64,000 nucleotides of DNA from the human T2T-CHM13v2.0 reference genome, Homo sapiens. The DNA is taken from NCBI RefSeq assembly GCF_009914755.1, contig NC_060929.1; one strand, given 5' to 3'. Every line of letters starts with the position of its first letter. Within the stretch, counting starts at the first letter, position 1. This document shows, piece after piece, positions 13,531 to 29,313 of this stretch. The notes under the pieces were generated by a model, which was given only the letters and a program-made list of their open reading frames with translations, searched no databases and was not told the origin of the DNA. Position numbers and translations under genes: made by a program.

Positions 13531-15258
13531 AAAAGGATTAAAGACTGACATGTGAAGGCAATATTTAAGAAATTGGGATTGTTTAATCTGGACAAGGAAG
13601 AAAAACCTGAAAGAATTTCTATATTTCCAGGCATCAGAAGTAATAAACATAGACATTTATGATTTTATGTACTTTTATTCTTTTCTATAGGTATTAAGGT
13701 ATGGTTACATGTGATGTAACTTGTATTGAATTGTAACATTTTTCAGACAAATGAATTAACAAATTAGAAAGACTCCCTGGTCAACCACATGCCTTGATTT
13801 TTGGTTTGGAAAATGAGGATGATTTTTGCCTGGTAATTGTCTTGGGGGAAGTTTTGCAGGATGTGGTAGGGCAGCAGCTGTTCCTAAAACAGAATTATCC
13901 AAACTGATATGTTACTGGGAGTCAGTGAAAGTCTCCATAAAGCCAGAGAGCTCAGAAATGGTCCAGGTTTTGCTCACTGATAAGTTGATTGGAGTAAATC
14001 AGGAATCACTGCTAGGGACATGGAAAAATAGACCGGGCTCACTCAGTCCATTTCCTATTGATGTTTCCTCAGCTGGAAAGAGCCCCCACTTATCCAAAGC
14101 AGGCTAGTGCTTTGAAAGAGCTGAAGTGCTACCTAAGGAGAGGATATGATCTAACAATAGTCATAGTAATTATTATTACTTTCACCAGCCACACCGAGCA
14201 AGGATATACATCCCAGTGCTTTGATCTCATTTCCAGTATCCCCCTTATCTAAAGACACTTGACAATTCTTTCTTGTCTGACTCTGCAAGTCTTGAGCAAT
14301 TTAAATTTTAACACTTGTGTTTGCTGACAGGGCACCCAAAATCCCAAATCAGATTTAATGCAATGTTAATGCTATTTATTTTTCTTGCTGCAATAAGTTT
14401 ATATTAGCCATTTAGTGGCTTACATTGTGCAAAACGAGTTGTATCAGCAGGCACTTTTCTGTAACATCTGGGCACTTGGAAACATAATACTTAAATACAA
14501 CCTGAGTTTAAAGCCTTCCACAGACAGATGGCTAATTTGATTGATCTAATCTTTCAGTTAGGAATAGATCCCATGATCCTTTGCTTGTAATTCTTGAGTG
14601 AGCAGATAAATAAAAAAATGGGTGATGGCTGTGAATTAGGCACCTGTTATATTGTCTGTAATTTATTTTTTAAGTACTTCAATATAAACAGTGACTCTAC
14701 GAATTACTTTAATCTCTACCCTGGGGGAGCTTAGTTAACACTTGAAGTAATCCAGGCTAGAAGGCACCGCTCTGGCATAAGAATTTACAGCTATTTTCAT
14801 CTCTTGGTGATTGTGCCATGCCAGTGGTTAGATATTTGGAACTTCACCTCTGTCTTAGGCAGGAATCCAGACTGATTAGTGATTATTTGAAGAACTTTAC
14901 TATGACGTTCCAAGTGGCAGCAAATATACTTAGAATGATGTTATCAGATATTCACGCTAGAGGGTTCATTAATTAGCATAAATGATGTTAGATGCAATGT
15001 TTTTATTGGTGAAAATATGTGATTAACTAGAAAGATTATTCATGTCCCTCTATTTTTACGTGGACAAAGAGTAAGAATCCAGCAACTCCAGAAATCAAGC
15101 TACTTTCGAGTGGCTGAATACAGCTAGAGCTCCATTCATTTCTGTGTTTCCCTCACACAACAGTAGACTCATTTGCCTGGCCCCACCCGGCAAGATGGTT
15201 TGTTGATTTTTCCATTAGAATATTGATGTATCTCTCTCAGCAGATACAAGCAGTTGCT

Positions 15259-15620
15259 TGTATTAATTAGGGTAATTAGCATTACCTATTGTAATAAATC
15301 CAAATCTGGGTGGCTTGACACAAAATTTATTTTTTGGACTTAGTCTAAGTCCAAAGTGGATGTTCCTTTCTAGGAAGCCCACCTCAGCTGTCTTCCTCCA
15401 AAGGGTGACTTGAAGACTCAAGTCATTCTGTCTTTAATCCCACCATCTTATAATACCACCATCTTTAAAATGGACCTCCAGGGTGGGAGGTAAAGAAAAA
15501 GAAGTCTTGTGAGAGATTTTCTGTGCCAAATCAGAATATGGTCATGTTGCCCTAACCCAACTATACGGTTTCTGGGAAATGTCGTTCAGTAGTGTGCACA
15601 GGAAGAAAAATAACTAGATG
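15259..15620 (-). mobile_element. MLT1-type MaLR LTR
   Basis: Starts tgtattaattagggt...ggtggcttgacacaaaatttattt; ends with ctgggaaatgtcgttcag, typical of old MLT1. Confidence 0.55.
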
Positions 15621-16003
15621 TGGTAGATTGTCTCTGATGCAGTGCTTTGGAGTTCCTGAAATGACAAGAGGAAACATCACCAAATTTACAGCAGCAGGTT
15701 GTATGATAATTTTCGTGGCTTCTTTCCCATGGATATTTTATACGTGGCAGAATTTGACTTGGAATTTGCTTTTGTTGTAGTGTACAACCTGGTTGAAAAG
15801 CAAATAGTTACCATCTACTTTTACTTGCTGGAGGCCACCACAATTTTAAAAAGGAATCTAAAAACTAAACAGTCAAATTGATTTAGGCCAGTTTGCAGTA
15901 AGGTTCAAAAATATGTATATGGGTAAGTGCATATGTGCTATATGTTACTATATATATTTCCTACATTTTACAAAAGGTAAAATTAATCCCTTTAAAAAAA
16001 GTT

Positions 16004-16306
16004 GGCCAGGCTCAGTGTCTCACACCTGTAATTGGGAGGCTGAGGTGGTGGGTGGATCGCTTCAGCCCAGGAGTTTGAGACCAGCCTGGGCAACATGGCG
16101 AAACCGCATCTCTACTAAAATACAAAAAATTAGCCAGTTGTGGTGATGTGCACACTTACAGTCCCAGCTACTCAGGAGGCTGAGGTGGGAGGATCACCTG
16201 AGCTCAGGAAGTTGAGGCTGCAGTGCAACATGATCCTGCCACTGCACTCCAGCCTGGGCGATGGGAGTGAGACCCTGCATCAACAGCAACAACAACAACA
16301 ACAAAA
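16004..16306 (+). mobile_element. Alu (AluJ) with (CAA)n tail
   Basis: Alu dimer with J-type gaggctgaggtgggaggatcacctgagc. Confidence 0.93.
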
Positions 16307-16502
16307 ACAACCAAAAATTCACTACCCAGTGGATTAAATAGAGTGAGTTTCTAAGGCATATCAACTAGAACTCTAGTCCCTCCCACCCCTAGTTTACTAG
16401 AAACTCCTTCTGTTTGTGTCCCATAACAAAAAGGACTGACTAGTCATGGTAGAATATTCAGTAAGGGTTGCTTCTTAAATTATAAAAAAATCTTTTTTTT
16501 AG

Positions 16503-16890
<388 letters not shown>

Positions 16891-17694
16891 TGAAACACTG
16901 CACTTTTCAAAGCACTTCTAAAAATGATCTCATTTGATCTTTGCAATCCTTGCCCTACCAGGAAGTCAGGGCTGATGACTTAACAAAAAGGAAATAGCCA
17001 GGACATGAACCTAGGTCATCCAGCCTCTAGCCCTTGTTGCTTCCCATCAACCCAGCGGTGTTTCTGCAGCTAATGGATAAGAGCATGATCATTGCTATGT
17101 GCTTGAGTCTAGCTCTGCAGCCAGGAGGGACCTCGTCAAGAAGACACGCTGTTCAACCAGGCTTCACTTAGAAAGACTCCATGCGTGTCATGGGACACTC
17201 TGTAGAGTAACCTGGGACAGCTTTCAGTCATGCTCCTCACTGGTTGGTATGTGGGGAAAGTGGCTTATTTTACAAAATGCTGGATGACTACAGGTCTGTT
17301 TGCAACTGAGAAGCAGCTGTTGCAGCTGGAGGATATCCCCAAAATCTTTTCAGATGTCTTCTATGGAAAACCCTTTTGGGATCTCAAGGACCACCCAGAT
17401 GACACTCTGAAGCTTTCCATCCCTCCACAATTTAGCCATCCTTTTTAGTAGCAAATGATATTTGTTAGACCTTCAATGTGGCATATTTCAAGGTTTATCA
17501 TTCCAGTCTCAGGATTTCTGTTAGTTTCTCAAACATCTCTTTGATGTTCTGGGAATTCCCAATTGGTGTAGTTAAATAAACCATTAGTTTGGAAAAAAAA
17601 ACAACAACAAGCATTCATTTGATAGTTGTTTTTAAGTAATTGACAAGCTTAGCCACAACCTACACCCATAATACACATCCCTTCAGCTTGAAGG

Positions 17695-17920
17695 AATTGT
17701 AGTAAGACTCCAGTCAGACAGACCTGGGTTTGAATTCTAGTTTTAAAATTTATTGCTGTCTGATTCCAGATAGAGTAGTTTCTTTATGCCTTATATATTT
17801 CATCTGAAATTTAAGGTTCATAATACCTACTACAAAGGTTTTGTGTGATAAATAAATGAGAAACTATGATGACGGAAGATATACCTGCAAAAGTACCTAA
17901 ACATTTGGTACATAATGGGC
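17695..17920 (+). mobile_element. MIR SINE
   Basis: cagtcagacagacctgggtttgaattct...taatacctactacaaagg. Confidence 0.65.
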
Positions 17921-18439
17921 ACTCCAATGTTAATGCATATTAATTAGATTCATTGTGGTCTATAGAGTTTATAGAGTGGTAGAGATGTTAACTTTTCTAT
18001 ATTTATTGTAACCCCAAATATTGACAACATTGACATAAATGTATAATTGAGCTTAGGCATCCATGAAAGTGGAAATGAAAACAATTTCATTTCCTTAATT
18101 TCATATTATGAATTATTAGAGTTTATTTCCTCAAATGAGGACTTTTGGTGTTTATATTAGTCATAAAGTTATTGATATTGATGAAAGAGTTGGAGTCAGT
18201 TTTGAGTTTAATAAAAACACCCAACCTTTGTTTTGGACTTTGTACAAAAATCAAGAAGAAAGGATCAGGCCACTATAGTAGTAATAGATTTTTCAGGCAT
18301 CAGCTGCATGGCTCCCTACCTTGAAAGACATCATTTGCAGTTAGAATATCAAAATTTCTTTAGCTACTTTTTTACTGTGATATTAAGAGAATAAATGTAA
18401 AAGATGCTATTTCTATGATGTGTTCTCCGTCTTCATTTT

Positions 18440-18950
18440 GCTTCAACCATACTCTCTACCAGAATAGTCTTCCCAAAATGAAGTTCTAATCCTATCACTG
18501 TTGCATTTAATATTCTTTTCTGGCTCACTACTGCTTTCCAAACTCTAAAGCTGGGCCTCTGAAATCTGTCACAATATAGCCCCAACTCACTTTCCTGTCT
18601 TCACTGAATACATGCCTGTATTCCAGCCAGGATAGATTATTTGCTATTCCATAGACCTCCTCTTCACTTTCCCAATGCTGAATGTTATCCACATGTTGAT
18701 CTGACCCCTTGGAATATCCTTCCGTTATCTCTACCCAAGGAAACACAAGCTTCAAAGCATGTCCCAGTTACCTCCAGTTCTATGAAGTCTTCGGGTACTC
18801 TTCCAGCCAGAAGCCATTCCTCTCTTCTCCCTTTCTACTTTATATTATATTATCTGTCTACTTGACTCATGTCTTCTGTTAGATTTGTAACTTGTTCAAG
18901 AAAAGCACCATGACTTCTCTACTTTTGTATCCCCTGCATTGCCTAATGGA
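18440..18950 (+). mobile_element. L2 LINE 3' fragment
   Basis: Pyrimidine-rich L2 3' motifs ending ...cttttgtatcccctgcattgccta. Confidence 0.6.
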
Positions 18951-19849
18951 TTATCTTACACATGGTTGGCCCTTCACAGCCAGTTATGGAATGGAAAACA
19001 ATGGCTTCCTTTGGGGCAAATACATTTTCACATTGTGTGATTAATTTGATCCTATTCCAAGCTTCTGAATTCATTTCATACAGAAAAAGTGTCACTTCCA
19101 TGTGCCAACATTTTTGCAGAACATATGCAGACATTTGAAAACCCACATTTCAGTATGATTCAGAGAAGTGAATGCCCCAGGGAGTCACTTTGAAGCAATA
19201 TATAATTTAAATCCCACCTACATGCTGCCAAAGGCTATTGGAATAGTGGGGTTTTAAGGAGACTCTAATTGAGTCTGTGCTGTGAAATATGTCATGTTCA
19301 ATACCTAGAGAACAGGTAGAGCTTGAAGTAATGCATGGGGCTGCCTCAGACTTGCTTTATAATGTCTTTGGAGGCTAAGAAGCAAAGGCAATACCATTTA
19401 CTCATACACTGAAAAGTAGTAGGTGGGGAGGGGTTAAAATAGTCCAGTGTTCAACAATCCTCCTTCCCCCATTTGTCTTTAAAACCAAAAGAAGGAGAGG
19501 CTTGTGTGGGAATGGCATCGGAGGTATGATTGAAAAGGTCAAGTTGCGGGAAAAGGATAAAGCTAGACCAGTCTGCCATAATGAGAACTAACTGTGAGAT
19601 CATAAGTAAAACAGTACTCCAATTCTTCAACATTCTTCTTCAATTTTATTGTACTGACCCTGGCTTGCTTATGAAGATCAATTCTGTATTCCCTTGAAAG
19701 CAAAGCAGCCAAAAGCTAGAGTGTTTGCAAAGGATTTTTCATTCTTTGTTTTTTAAGAACCAACATGCCTGATAAAAATGAATGCTCCTGGTAAGTCCTA
19801 TTGAAAGCAACCAATTGACTGAAACATTCATCAGTTGACTTTTTGAGAG

Positions 19850-19901
19850 GTGTGTGTATGTGTGTGTGTGTGTGTGTGTGTCTGTGTCTGTGTCTGTGTG
19901 T
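19850..19901. repeat. (TG)n/(TCTGTG)n microsatellite
   Basis: gtgtgtgtatgtgtgtgtg...tctgtgtctgtgtctgtgtg. Confidence 0.95.
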
Positions 19902-22900
19902 AACCTAAAAGTAACCTGCATTATAATAGCAGTTAAAAATGAACTAAATTGTTTTGAAGTGGTGAAGTATTAGTGATACATGTACCAATGTCTGAAATTT
20001 ACTTTGAAACACATTTAAAAAAATAAGATTTAGAAGAGGAGGATGGTATAAGATGGTGGAATAGGACTCTCCAGCAATCATTCCCCTGCATAAACATCTA
20101 TTTGAATAACTATCCATGCATGAAAATACTTCACAAGAGCTAGAGAAACCAGGTTAGAGACCACTGTATCTAGTTATAGCATAACAATAAGAAAAGACAC
20201 ATTGAAGAAGGTAGGAAGGATAGTTATACATTACCCATGTCACCCCTTCCCCAGCAATAGGCAGCACAGCATGGAGAGACACACCATACACTTGAGGGAA
20301 AGAAAGAGAAATAAGCAAAGGAGTTTGCTTTGCACTCTAATACTGGGCTCACCACAGTAAAACCCAGCACTGGGAAGTCCTACACAGCCCGATGACAGGC
20401 TGATACCCACAGACATAGCCCCTAGACCTATCCCTACACCAGATGGGAACACATAGCCCCTGCAAGATGGACTCAAGTTCTGGCCTGCATCACTGCTGGC
20501 CAACTACAGAGGCTTTGGACTCCACATAATCCCTAGTGACAGGAAGGCCTCAGAAGGTGTGACTTTTGGGCATGCCCCAGTGCTGTACTAGCTTCAGTGG
20601 CCATGGGCTTTGATTACACATCAGCACTGCAGCAGCCTTAGCAGCCATGAGATTCTAGCCCATGCTGTGACAGCTTTAGCAGCCATGGGACTTCAGTTTG
20701 GCACTGTGCTGGCTGTGACAGACCTGGGCTTAGAGGGCCCCCATGCACTGCAATGTGTGCAGTAATTGCAGTCTTGGGGACCACACCCTGACAACCTGCC
20801 CAAAATCTCTAGATAGGCTTACTATTGAAGGACATTCCTAGACAAAGCTAGACTGTGAACACTGGAATAAGTATCTGCTTCATCAATGTGCAGACATTGA
20901 CACATGACCAAAATGATCAAGAACAATTTGGGAAACATGACATCATCAGATGAACAAAATAAGGTGCCAGTGACTAGCCCTGAAGAGATGGAGTGCTATG
21001 AACTTCCTGACAAAAAATTCAAAGTAGCTGTTTTAAGGAAGTTCAATGAACTTCAATAAAATGCGTAGAAACAGTTAAATGAAATGAAGAAAAGAATAAG
21101 TGACCAGAATGATAAATTTAACAGAGAAATATTAAAAAATCAAATATTATAACTGAAAAATACAATGAACAAAATGAAAAATATATCAACAGCAAAGTTT
21201 ATTAAACAGAAGAAACAATCTGTGAACCTGAAGATATTTGAAAATATACAGCGAGGATTAAAAAGAAAAAATGAAAAAAGAATGAAGAAAGCTTACAGTA
21301 TTTATGGGATAGCATCAAAACAGCAAATGTTTGAGTCATTGGCATTCAAGAGGGAGTAGATGAAAAACAAAGGGGTAGAAAGCTTATTTAAAGAAATCAT
21401 AGCAGAAAACTTTTCAAACCAGGAGAAAGATGTAAATATCAAATTATAGGAATGCCAAAGGTCTCTAATCAGATTAAATCCAAATAAGGCTGTCTCAGGA
21501 CATATTATAATCGAACTGTCAAAGATCAAAGACAAAGAGAGGATCCTGAAAACAGCAAGAGAAAAGGAGCAAATAACATATAAGGGATTTCCAATATGCC
21601 TAACAGCAGACTTCTCAGGAAAACACTTACAGGCCAAGAGAGGGTGGGATGATATACTCAGTTTTGAAGGAGAAAAAACTGCCAACCAAGAATACTGTAC
21701 CCAGAAAAGCTGTCCTTCAGAAATGAAGGATAGATAAAGACTTTCCCAGACAAACAAAAGCTGAGGAAATTTATCACCACCAGACCTGTCTTACAAGAAA
21801 TGCTAAAGGGAGTTCCTCAGGCTGAAAGAAAAGGATGCCAATGAGTAATAAAAAAAATCTGAAAGTATAAAACTGAATGGTAAAAGTAAGTACACAGTCA
21901 AATTCAGAATACTCTAATACTGTAAGGTGGTGTATAAATCACTTACATCCTTAGTATTAAGGTTAAAAGACCAACTGTTTAATAATAACTACAATCATTT
22001 GTTAAGGGATATGAAACATTAAAATGTAAATTGTGACATCAAACATTCAAAATGTGGAGGGGTAGTGAAGTTAAAGTGTAGAGATTTTTTTTTCCAATCA
22101 AAGTTAAGTTGTTATTAGCTTAAAATAATCTGTTATAACTATAAGATGTTTTCTGTAAGACTCGTGGTAACCACAGAGCAAAACCTATAATATACACACT
22201 AAAAACAAAAGGAAAGGAATCAAAAATACTACCAGGGAAAACTACTTAACCAGAAAGAAATATGGTAAGAAAAGATGGAAAGATCTACTAGAAAACAATT
22301 TTAAAATGGTGGTAATAAGTGTGTACCTATCAATAATTACTTTGAATATAAATTGATCAAATTCTCCAATTAAAAGACATAAAGTGGCTTGAAAAACAAG
22401 ACCCATCTATGCACTGCTTATAAGAGGCTCACTTCACCTGTAAAGACACATATAGGCTGAAAGTGAATGGATGCAAAAAGATATTCTGTGCAAATGGAAA
22501 CCAAAAGAGAACAGTAGTAACTATGCTTATATCAGATAAAATAGACTTTAAGTCAAAAACTATAAAAAGAGACAAAAAAGGTCGGTATATAATGATAAAG
22601 GAGTCAGTTCAGCAAGCGGATATAACAGTTGTAAATATATGTATACCCAACATCAGAGTACATAAATATAGAAAGCAAATATTAATAGAACTGAAGGGAG
22701 AGATAGATTGCAATACAGCAATGTGAATAGTAAGGGACTTCAATATCCCACTTTCATCAATGGGCAGACAGAAAATCAGCAAAGAAACACTGGATTTAAA
22801 CTGCATTCCAGAACAACTGAACCTAACAAACACATATAGAACATTCTATCTAACAGTTGCAGAATACACAATTTTCTTAACTGCACATGGAACATTCTTC

Positions 22901-23101
22901 AGGATACATTATATATTAGGCCAAAAAACAAGTCTTAACAAATTTAAGAAGATTGAAATTACGTTAAGTATCTTTTCAGACCACAATGGCATAAAACTAG
23001 ACATAAATAACAGGAGGAACATTGGGAAAATCGCAAATACATGGAAATTAAACAACTTGCTCCTGAACCACCAATGGGTCAATGAAAAAATTAAAAGATA
23101 A

Positions 23102-23454
23102 TTTATTAGTCCATTTTCTTGCTGCTGATAAAGACATACCTGAGACTGGGAAGCAAAAGATTTAATGGACTTACAGTTCCACATGGCTGGGGAAGCCTCA
23201 TAATCATGGGGGAAGGCAAGGAGGAGCAAGTCATGTATTATATGGATGGCGGCAGGCAAAAAGAGCTTGTGCAGGGAAACTCCACTTTTTAAAACCATCA
23301 GATCTTATGAGACTTACTCACTATCACGAGAACAACACGGGAAAGACCTGTCCCCATGATTCAATTATCTCCCGCTGGGCCCCTCCCACAACACATGGGA
23401 ATTATGGGAGCAACAAGATGAGATTTGGGTAGGGATGCAGGGCCAAACCAATCA
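23102..23454 (-). mobile_element. THE1 solo LTR inserted in L1 ORF2
   Basis: t(t)tattagtcc...ccaaaccaatca termini with 5-bp target-site duplication GATAA (23097-23101 / 23455-23459). Confidence 0.92.
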
Positions 23455-25552
23455 GATAAATTGAACTATTTCTTGAGAAAAATGAAAATAGAATTACAAC
23501 ATATCAAAGCCTATATGATAAAGCAAAAGCAGTTCTAATAGGGAATATTTTAGCAATAAATGCCTAATAAAAAAGGAAGAAAGATATCAATTAAATAACC
23601 TAAAATTGTACCTCAAGAAACTAGAAGAACAAGAAAATAAACTAAACTCAAAATTAGTAGAAGAGAATAATAAAGACTAGATCAGAAATAAATGAAATAT
23701 AAACCAGGAAAACAATAAAAAGATCAACAAAACAAAGAGTTGGTTTTTTTAAAAAAGATAAATAGAATTGACAAACTTTTAGCTAGACTAGAAAAAAAAG
23801 AGAAGAGTAAATAAATAAAAATCAGGGTGAAAAAGGATGTATTACCGTGATACCACAGAAACACAAAGATCACAAGAGACTCCTATAAATAATTATACAC
23901 CAACAAATTGGACAATCTAGAAAAAATGGATAAATGGCCACATACAACCTATCAAGACTAAATTATGAAGAAATAGAAAATCTGAACATACCAATAATGA
24001 GTAAGGAGATTGAGTCAGTAATCAAAAGTCTCCCATCAAAGAAAAGCACAGAACCTGATGGTGTCACTAGTGAATTCTACCATACATTTAAAGAAGAACT
24101 AATACCTATTTTTCTCAAACTCCTCTAAAAGAATTTAAGAGGAGGGAATACTTCCAAACTCATTCTACAAGGCTAGCAGTACCCTGATACCAAAAATCAG
24201 ATAAGGATATAACAAGAAAGAAAACTACAGGCCAATATCCCCAGCAAACTTGAATACAGAAATATTCAGCAAAAAATTAACAAACCAAATTCAACAGTGT
24301 ATTAAAAAATCATTCACCGTGATCATGTAGGATTCATCCCTGGGATGCAAGCATGGTTCAACATATACAAATCAATAAATGTGATACCTCACATTAACAG
24401 AATGAAGGACAAATACTGTATGATCATCTCAACAAATGCAGAAAAGGCATTTGATGAAATTCAACATTCCTTCACCATAAAAAGTCTCAACAAATTAGGC
24501 ATAGATGGAATGTACCTCAACATAATAAAGGCTGTATATGACAAACCCACAGCCAATACACTGAACAAGGAAAAGTTGAAAGCTTTTTTTTCTAAGATCT
24601 GGAATGAGATAAGGATGTCCATTTTCCCTACTCTTATTAAACATTGTACTAGAAGTTCTAGCCAGAGAAATTAGGCAAGATAAAGAAATAAAACGCTCTA
24701 AATTGGAAAGAAGTGAAACTGTCCCTCTTTGCAGATGACATGATCTTATGTATAGAGAAGACCGTAGATGCCACTAAAAAACTGTTAGAACTGATAAAAA
24801 TCAGTAAAGTTGCAGGATACAAAATTAACATGCAAAATCAGTAGCATTTCTAGCAAACTGTCTGAAAAAGTCAAATCTTGTGTATAATAGATACAAAAAT
24901 TGAAATACTGAGGAATACATTTAAGCAAAGAGGTGACAGATCTCTACACTGAAAAACTATAAAATATTTACGAAAGAAATTGAAGAAGACACAAATAAAT
25001 GGAAAGATATCCAATATGCACAGATTAGAAGAAAGAATATTGTTAAAATGTCCATAATACCCAAAGCAATCTACAGATTCACTGCAATCCCTATCAATAT
25101 ACCAATGACATTCTTCACAGAAATAGAAAAAAAAATCCTAAAATTTGTATGGAACCACAAAAGGCCCCAAATAACCAAAGCAATCTTGAACAAAAAGAAC
25201 AAAGCTGGAGGCATCATGCTACCTGACTTCAAAGTACACTAAAAAGCTATAGTAATGAAAACAGCATGGTAGTAGCATAAAAACAGACACATAGACCAGT
25301 GGAACAGAATAGAGAGTCCAAAAGTAAATCCACACATTTATAGCCAGCTGATTTTTGACACAAGTGGTAAGAACACTCATTAGGGAAAGGATAGTGTATT
25401 CAGTAAATACGCCAGGAAAAAAAACTGGACATCCACATGCAGAAGAATGAAATTAAACCCTTATCTCTTATGATATACAAAAATCAACTCAAACTGGATT
25501 AAAGACTTAAATCTAAGACCCAAAACTATTAAATTACCAGAAGAAAACATAG

Positions 25553-25884
<332 letters not shown>

Positions 25885-27349
25885 TCTGGTCAATGATTTT
25901 TTTTTTCGATATAATTTTTGGGATAAAGCACAGCCAACAAAAGGAAAAAGACAAATGGGATCCATCAAACTAAAAGTTTCTGCACATCAAAGGGAACAAA
26001 CATTCAACAGAGTGAACAGACAAAATACAGAATGGGAGAAAATATTTGCAAACTATATATCTGATAAGGGGCTAATATCCAAAATATATAAGGAACTAAA
26101 ACAATTCAATAGTGAGAAAACAAATAACACAATTAAAAAGTAGGCAAAAGATCTGAATAGACATTTCTCAAAAGAAGACATACAAATGGCCAACAGGAAT
26201 ATGAAAAAATGCTCAATAATATCACTAATCATCAGAGAAATGCAAATCAAAATTACAATGAGATATCATCTTACCCCAGCTAGAATGGCTGTTATCAAAA
26301 AGGCAAAAGATAACAAGTGTTTGTGAGGATGTGGAGAAAAGGGAATTTTTATTTACTATTGGTGGGAATGTAAATTAGTATAGCCATTATGGAAAGCAGT
26401 ATGGAGCTTTATCTAAAAATTAGTAGAACTACCATATGATCCAGCAATCCCACTAGTGGGCATATATCAAAAGGAAATGAAATCAGTACCTTGAAGAGAT
26501 ATCTGCACTCCCATGTTTATTACAGCACTAGTCTCACTAGCCAAGATATGGCATCAACCTAAGAGTTCATCAACAGATGAACAGATAAAGAAAATGTGGC
26601 GCATATCCACAATGATATATTATTCACCATAATAAAAAGAAGGAAGTCATATCATTTGCAACAACATGGATGAACCTGGAAGGCATTATGTTAAGTGAAA
26701 TAAGCCTGGCACAGAAAAACAAATACCACATGGTCTCACTCATATGTGGAGTCTAAAAAAGTTGATCTCATAGCACTAGAGATTAGAATGGTGGTAACCA
26801 GAGGCTGGGTGGTTAGTGGGGAAGGGAGTTAGGGTAATGCTGGCTAAAGGATACGTAACTACAATTAGATAGGAATAAGCTCAAGAGATCTATTGTACAG
26901 CATGCTGAGTATAGTTAATGATGATATATTGTATTATTGAAAAATGCTAAGAGTAGATGTTAAGTGGGCCTAACATAGTGATAACTATGTGAGGTAATGC
27001 ATTTGTTAACTAGCTAGATTTAACCGTTCCACAATGTATATATACTTTAAAACATTATGTTGTGCATAATAAATACACACAATTTGATCTTTCAACTAAC
27101 AAAAATTTTAAAGAAGCTAAAAAAACAAGGTATACTGATGATGAAGAGAGGGACAGATTGTTGGATAGATATATAATAAAGCCAGTATAGATTTTGCTAG
27201 TTGGTGCATATACACATAGTCACTCAAAAATTCTTTTACTTTTCTGTATGCTTGAATATTTTTATAATAAAGTGATGATGGAAAAATATGAACTACCAAC
27301 AAAAGAAACTACCAGTTTGAAAACATAAATGACTACAAATCTTTACCCA

Positions 27350-27890
27350 TAGTGAGTTTCTGGCATGTTCTGCCATGCACTCACATACTGGTGGGTTTGC
27401 TACGATTGTCCTGCTCTTCACTCCACAGTTACTGTCAGCTCTTCTCTGCCCTGCTCAGTGTTCTATGGGGCCTGACCTCACTAGCTGTATCACCTACTCC
27501 TTTGCCCCCTGGCTTCTTTGGGTTTAGCCAATGGGAGGCACCTAAAGGAGATCAAATGAGAGCAGGGGAGAGAATTTGTTTCTTTTCCCCACTTCCCCCC
27601 GATTCCTCTCTCCTTTAGTACAGCTTCACTGGCCACAGCTGTGTCTCTCTACAACTACATACAGCCCCTGGCCCACCATGGCTTCCAACTCTGGCTGGCT
27701 CCGTGACACTACTCTCCAGTTGCACTCTTGGCCCTGGGTAGTAACAATGTCTTATTGGTTCTGGTCTCTGGGTGCATCAGTGTCCCTAGTTGTTCCTTAA
27801 AGCTGCTCACACCTCTGTAAGTAGTTTTCTAATTGAAATCTTTCTTTGATTAGGTAAATTCCTCTTCCTGCTGGGATCCTAATTGATACC
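27350..27890 (+). mobile_element. ERVL-class LTR (LTR33-like)
   Basis: ggcttctttgggtttagccaatgggaggcacc...ttcctgctgggatcctaattgatac. Confidence 0.65.
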
Positions 27891-28396
27891 TTTGGTACTA
27901 CTGCTTTGTAATACATGCCTATTTATATGTTCCTCCTTAGGCATAAGCATAAGGTTTTGATTTGTGTTTAGTTTGCATTCAGAACTCTCTGAGAATTAGG
28001 TCTGATCTAGCTGAAGGATGCCTGCTGTAAATTCATGCAGTAACTATAGTGTAAGAGAAACCATGATCTTTGAGGATGAGCTACCCCTGGGCCCAAATCT
28101 GACCACTTGGATAAGGGGATGTTAAGACTGACATAGGGATAGCTGTGTGGTGTTGAGAAATGATTGCAGTGGTTTCCAGGACTCAATAGAAGTTCTATGA
28201 ATAAGTTCTAGAGATCCCTTATACAGCCTTGTGCCTAGAGTCAACAACATTGTATTTTACACTTAATCTGTTAAGAGGGCAGATCTTCTTAGGTTCTTTT
28301 ACCACAAATATTTTTAAAAACAGTCCTGTTACACATATTATGCTAAGTTTTGATTAAAGTATGAACTAAATAAAGAGATAAGCTAAGCATCATATC

Positions 28397-28622
28397 TAGT
28401 GTTGCCAGATAAAATACAGGATGCCCAGCTGAATTTGAATTTCAGATAAACAACAAATAATTTTATAAAAAAAATCATTGGATCAAACAAATAATTTTTA
28501 ATGTAGAGCTATCCAAAATATTGCATGGGACATATTTATACGAAAAAAGAAATCATTGTTTATCTGAAGTTCAAATTTAACTGGACATTCTGTGTTTCTG
28601 TTTGCTAAATCTGGGAACTCTA
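28397..28622. mobile_element. MER53 hAT MITE (palindromic)
   Basis: tagtgttgccagataaaatacagg...aatttgaatttcagataaacaa / ttgtttatctgaagttcaaattt...aaatctgggaactcta inverted structure. Confidence 0.85.
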
Positions 28623-29313
28623 ATCATATAATAATTATAGTAATGTGTCATATTATGTTTTCTCAGTCTCAATGCCTCTTGTACCTGATGGTAATAGCCA
28701 TATGTCTTTTGTGGAAGTGGCACGGGGAAATTGAGCATGACATTTGGAAGGGGACTGATAGGTATTTGAATCTGGACTCTATCTTTACTAGCTAGGTGAA
28801 ATGGGGCCAGAAAATTAACCTTCCACATGATTTACCACCTTCCCCCAATAAAATGGGTTTACTACACAAGACTTGCAGATTCTGTAAGATTGGCCAACAA
28901 TAAATTGACTGTGCTTGATACACTGTAGCTGCTAAAGAAGATAAAGTTATTTTATTGTTCTACTTATTCTAATAAAAATAATTTAACTGGAAAAATAATT
29001 CTAAGAATCTAAAGGTTTCTGGACACAAATGAAATAAAGGGAAGATAATTCTTCATCTCTTGAGAGTCATCATGAACCCAAACTAACCTCATATTACTTT
29101 AGTGAGTTTTACCTAAAGGGAAAGATCACTGTAAGCTTAGATTCTTTCCCACTTCTGTTTAGGTTTAGCTTTTTGCTGATATTTATGGTCTCAATATGTT
29201 TTAGACTCTTCTGATTTCTTGGCTGTATCTTATACTTCCTATTTTACTGATTAGTAGAGTTGAAAATGATTATTAGTCAAACTAAAAATTTAGAATTAAT
29301 TAGGTCACCTCCA

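Noticed and set aside
28397-28622. Long palindrome that could form a pre-miRNA
   Set aside because: Explained by the MER53 MITE; the sequence gives no evidence that this copy is processed.
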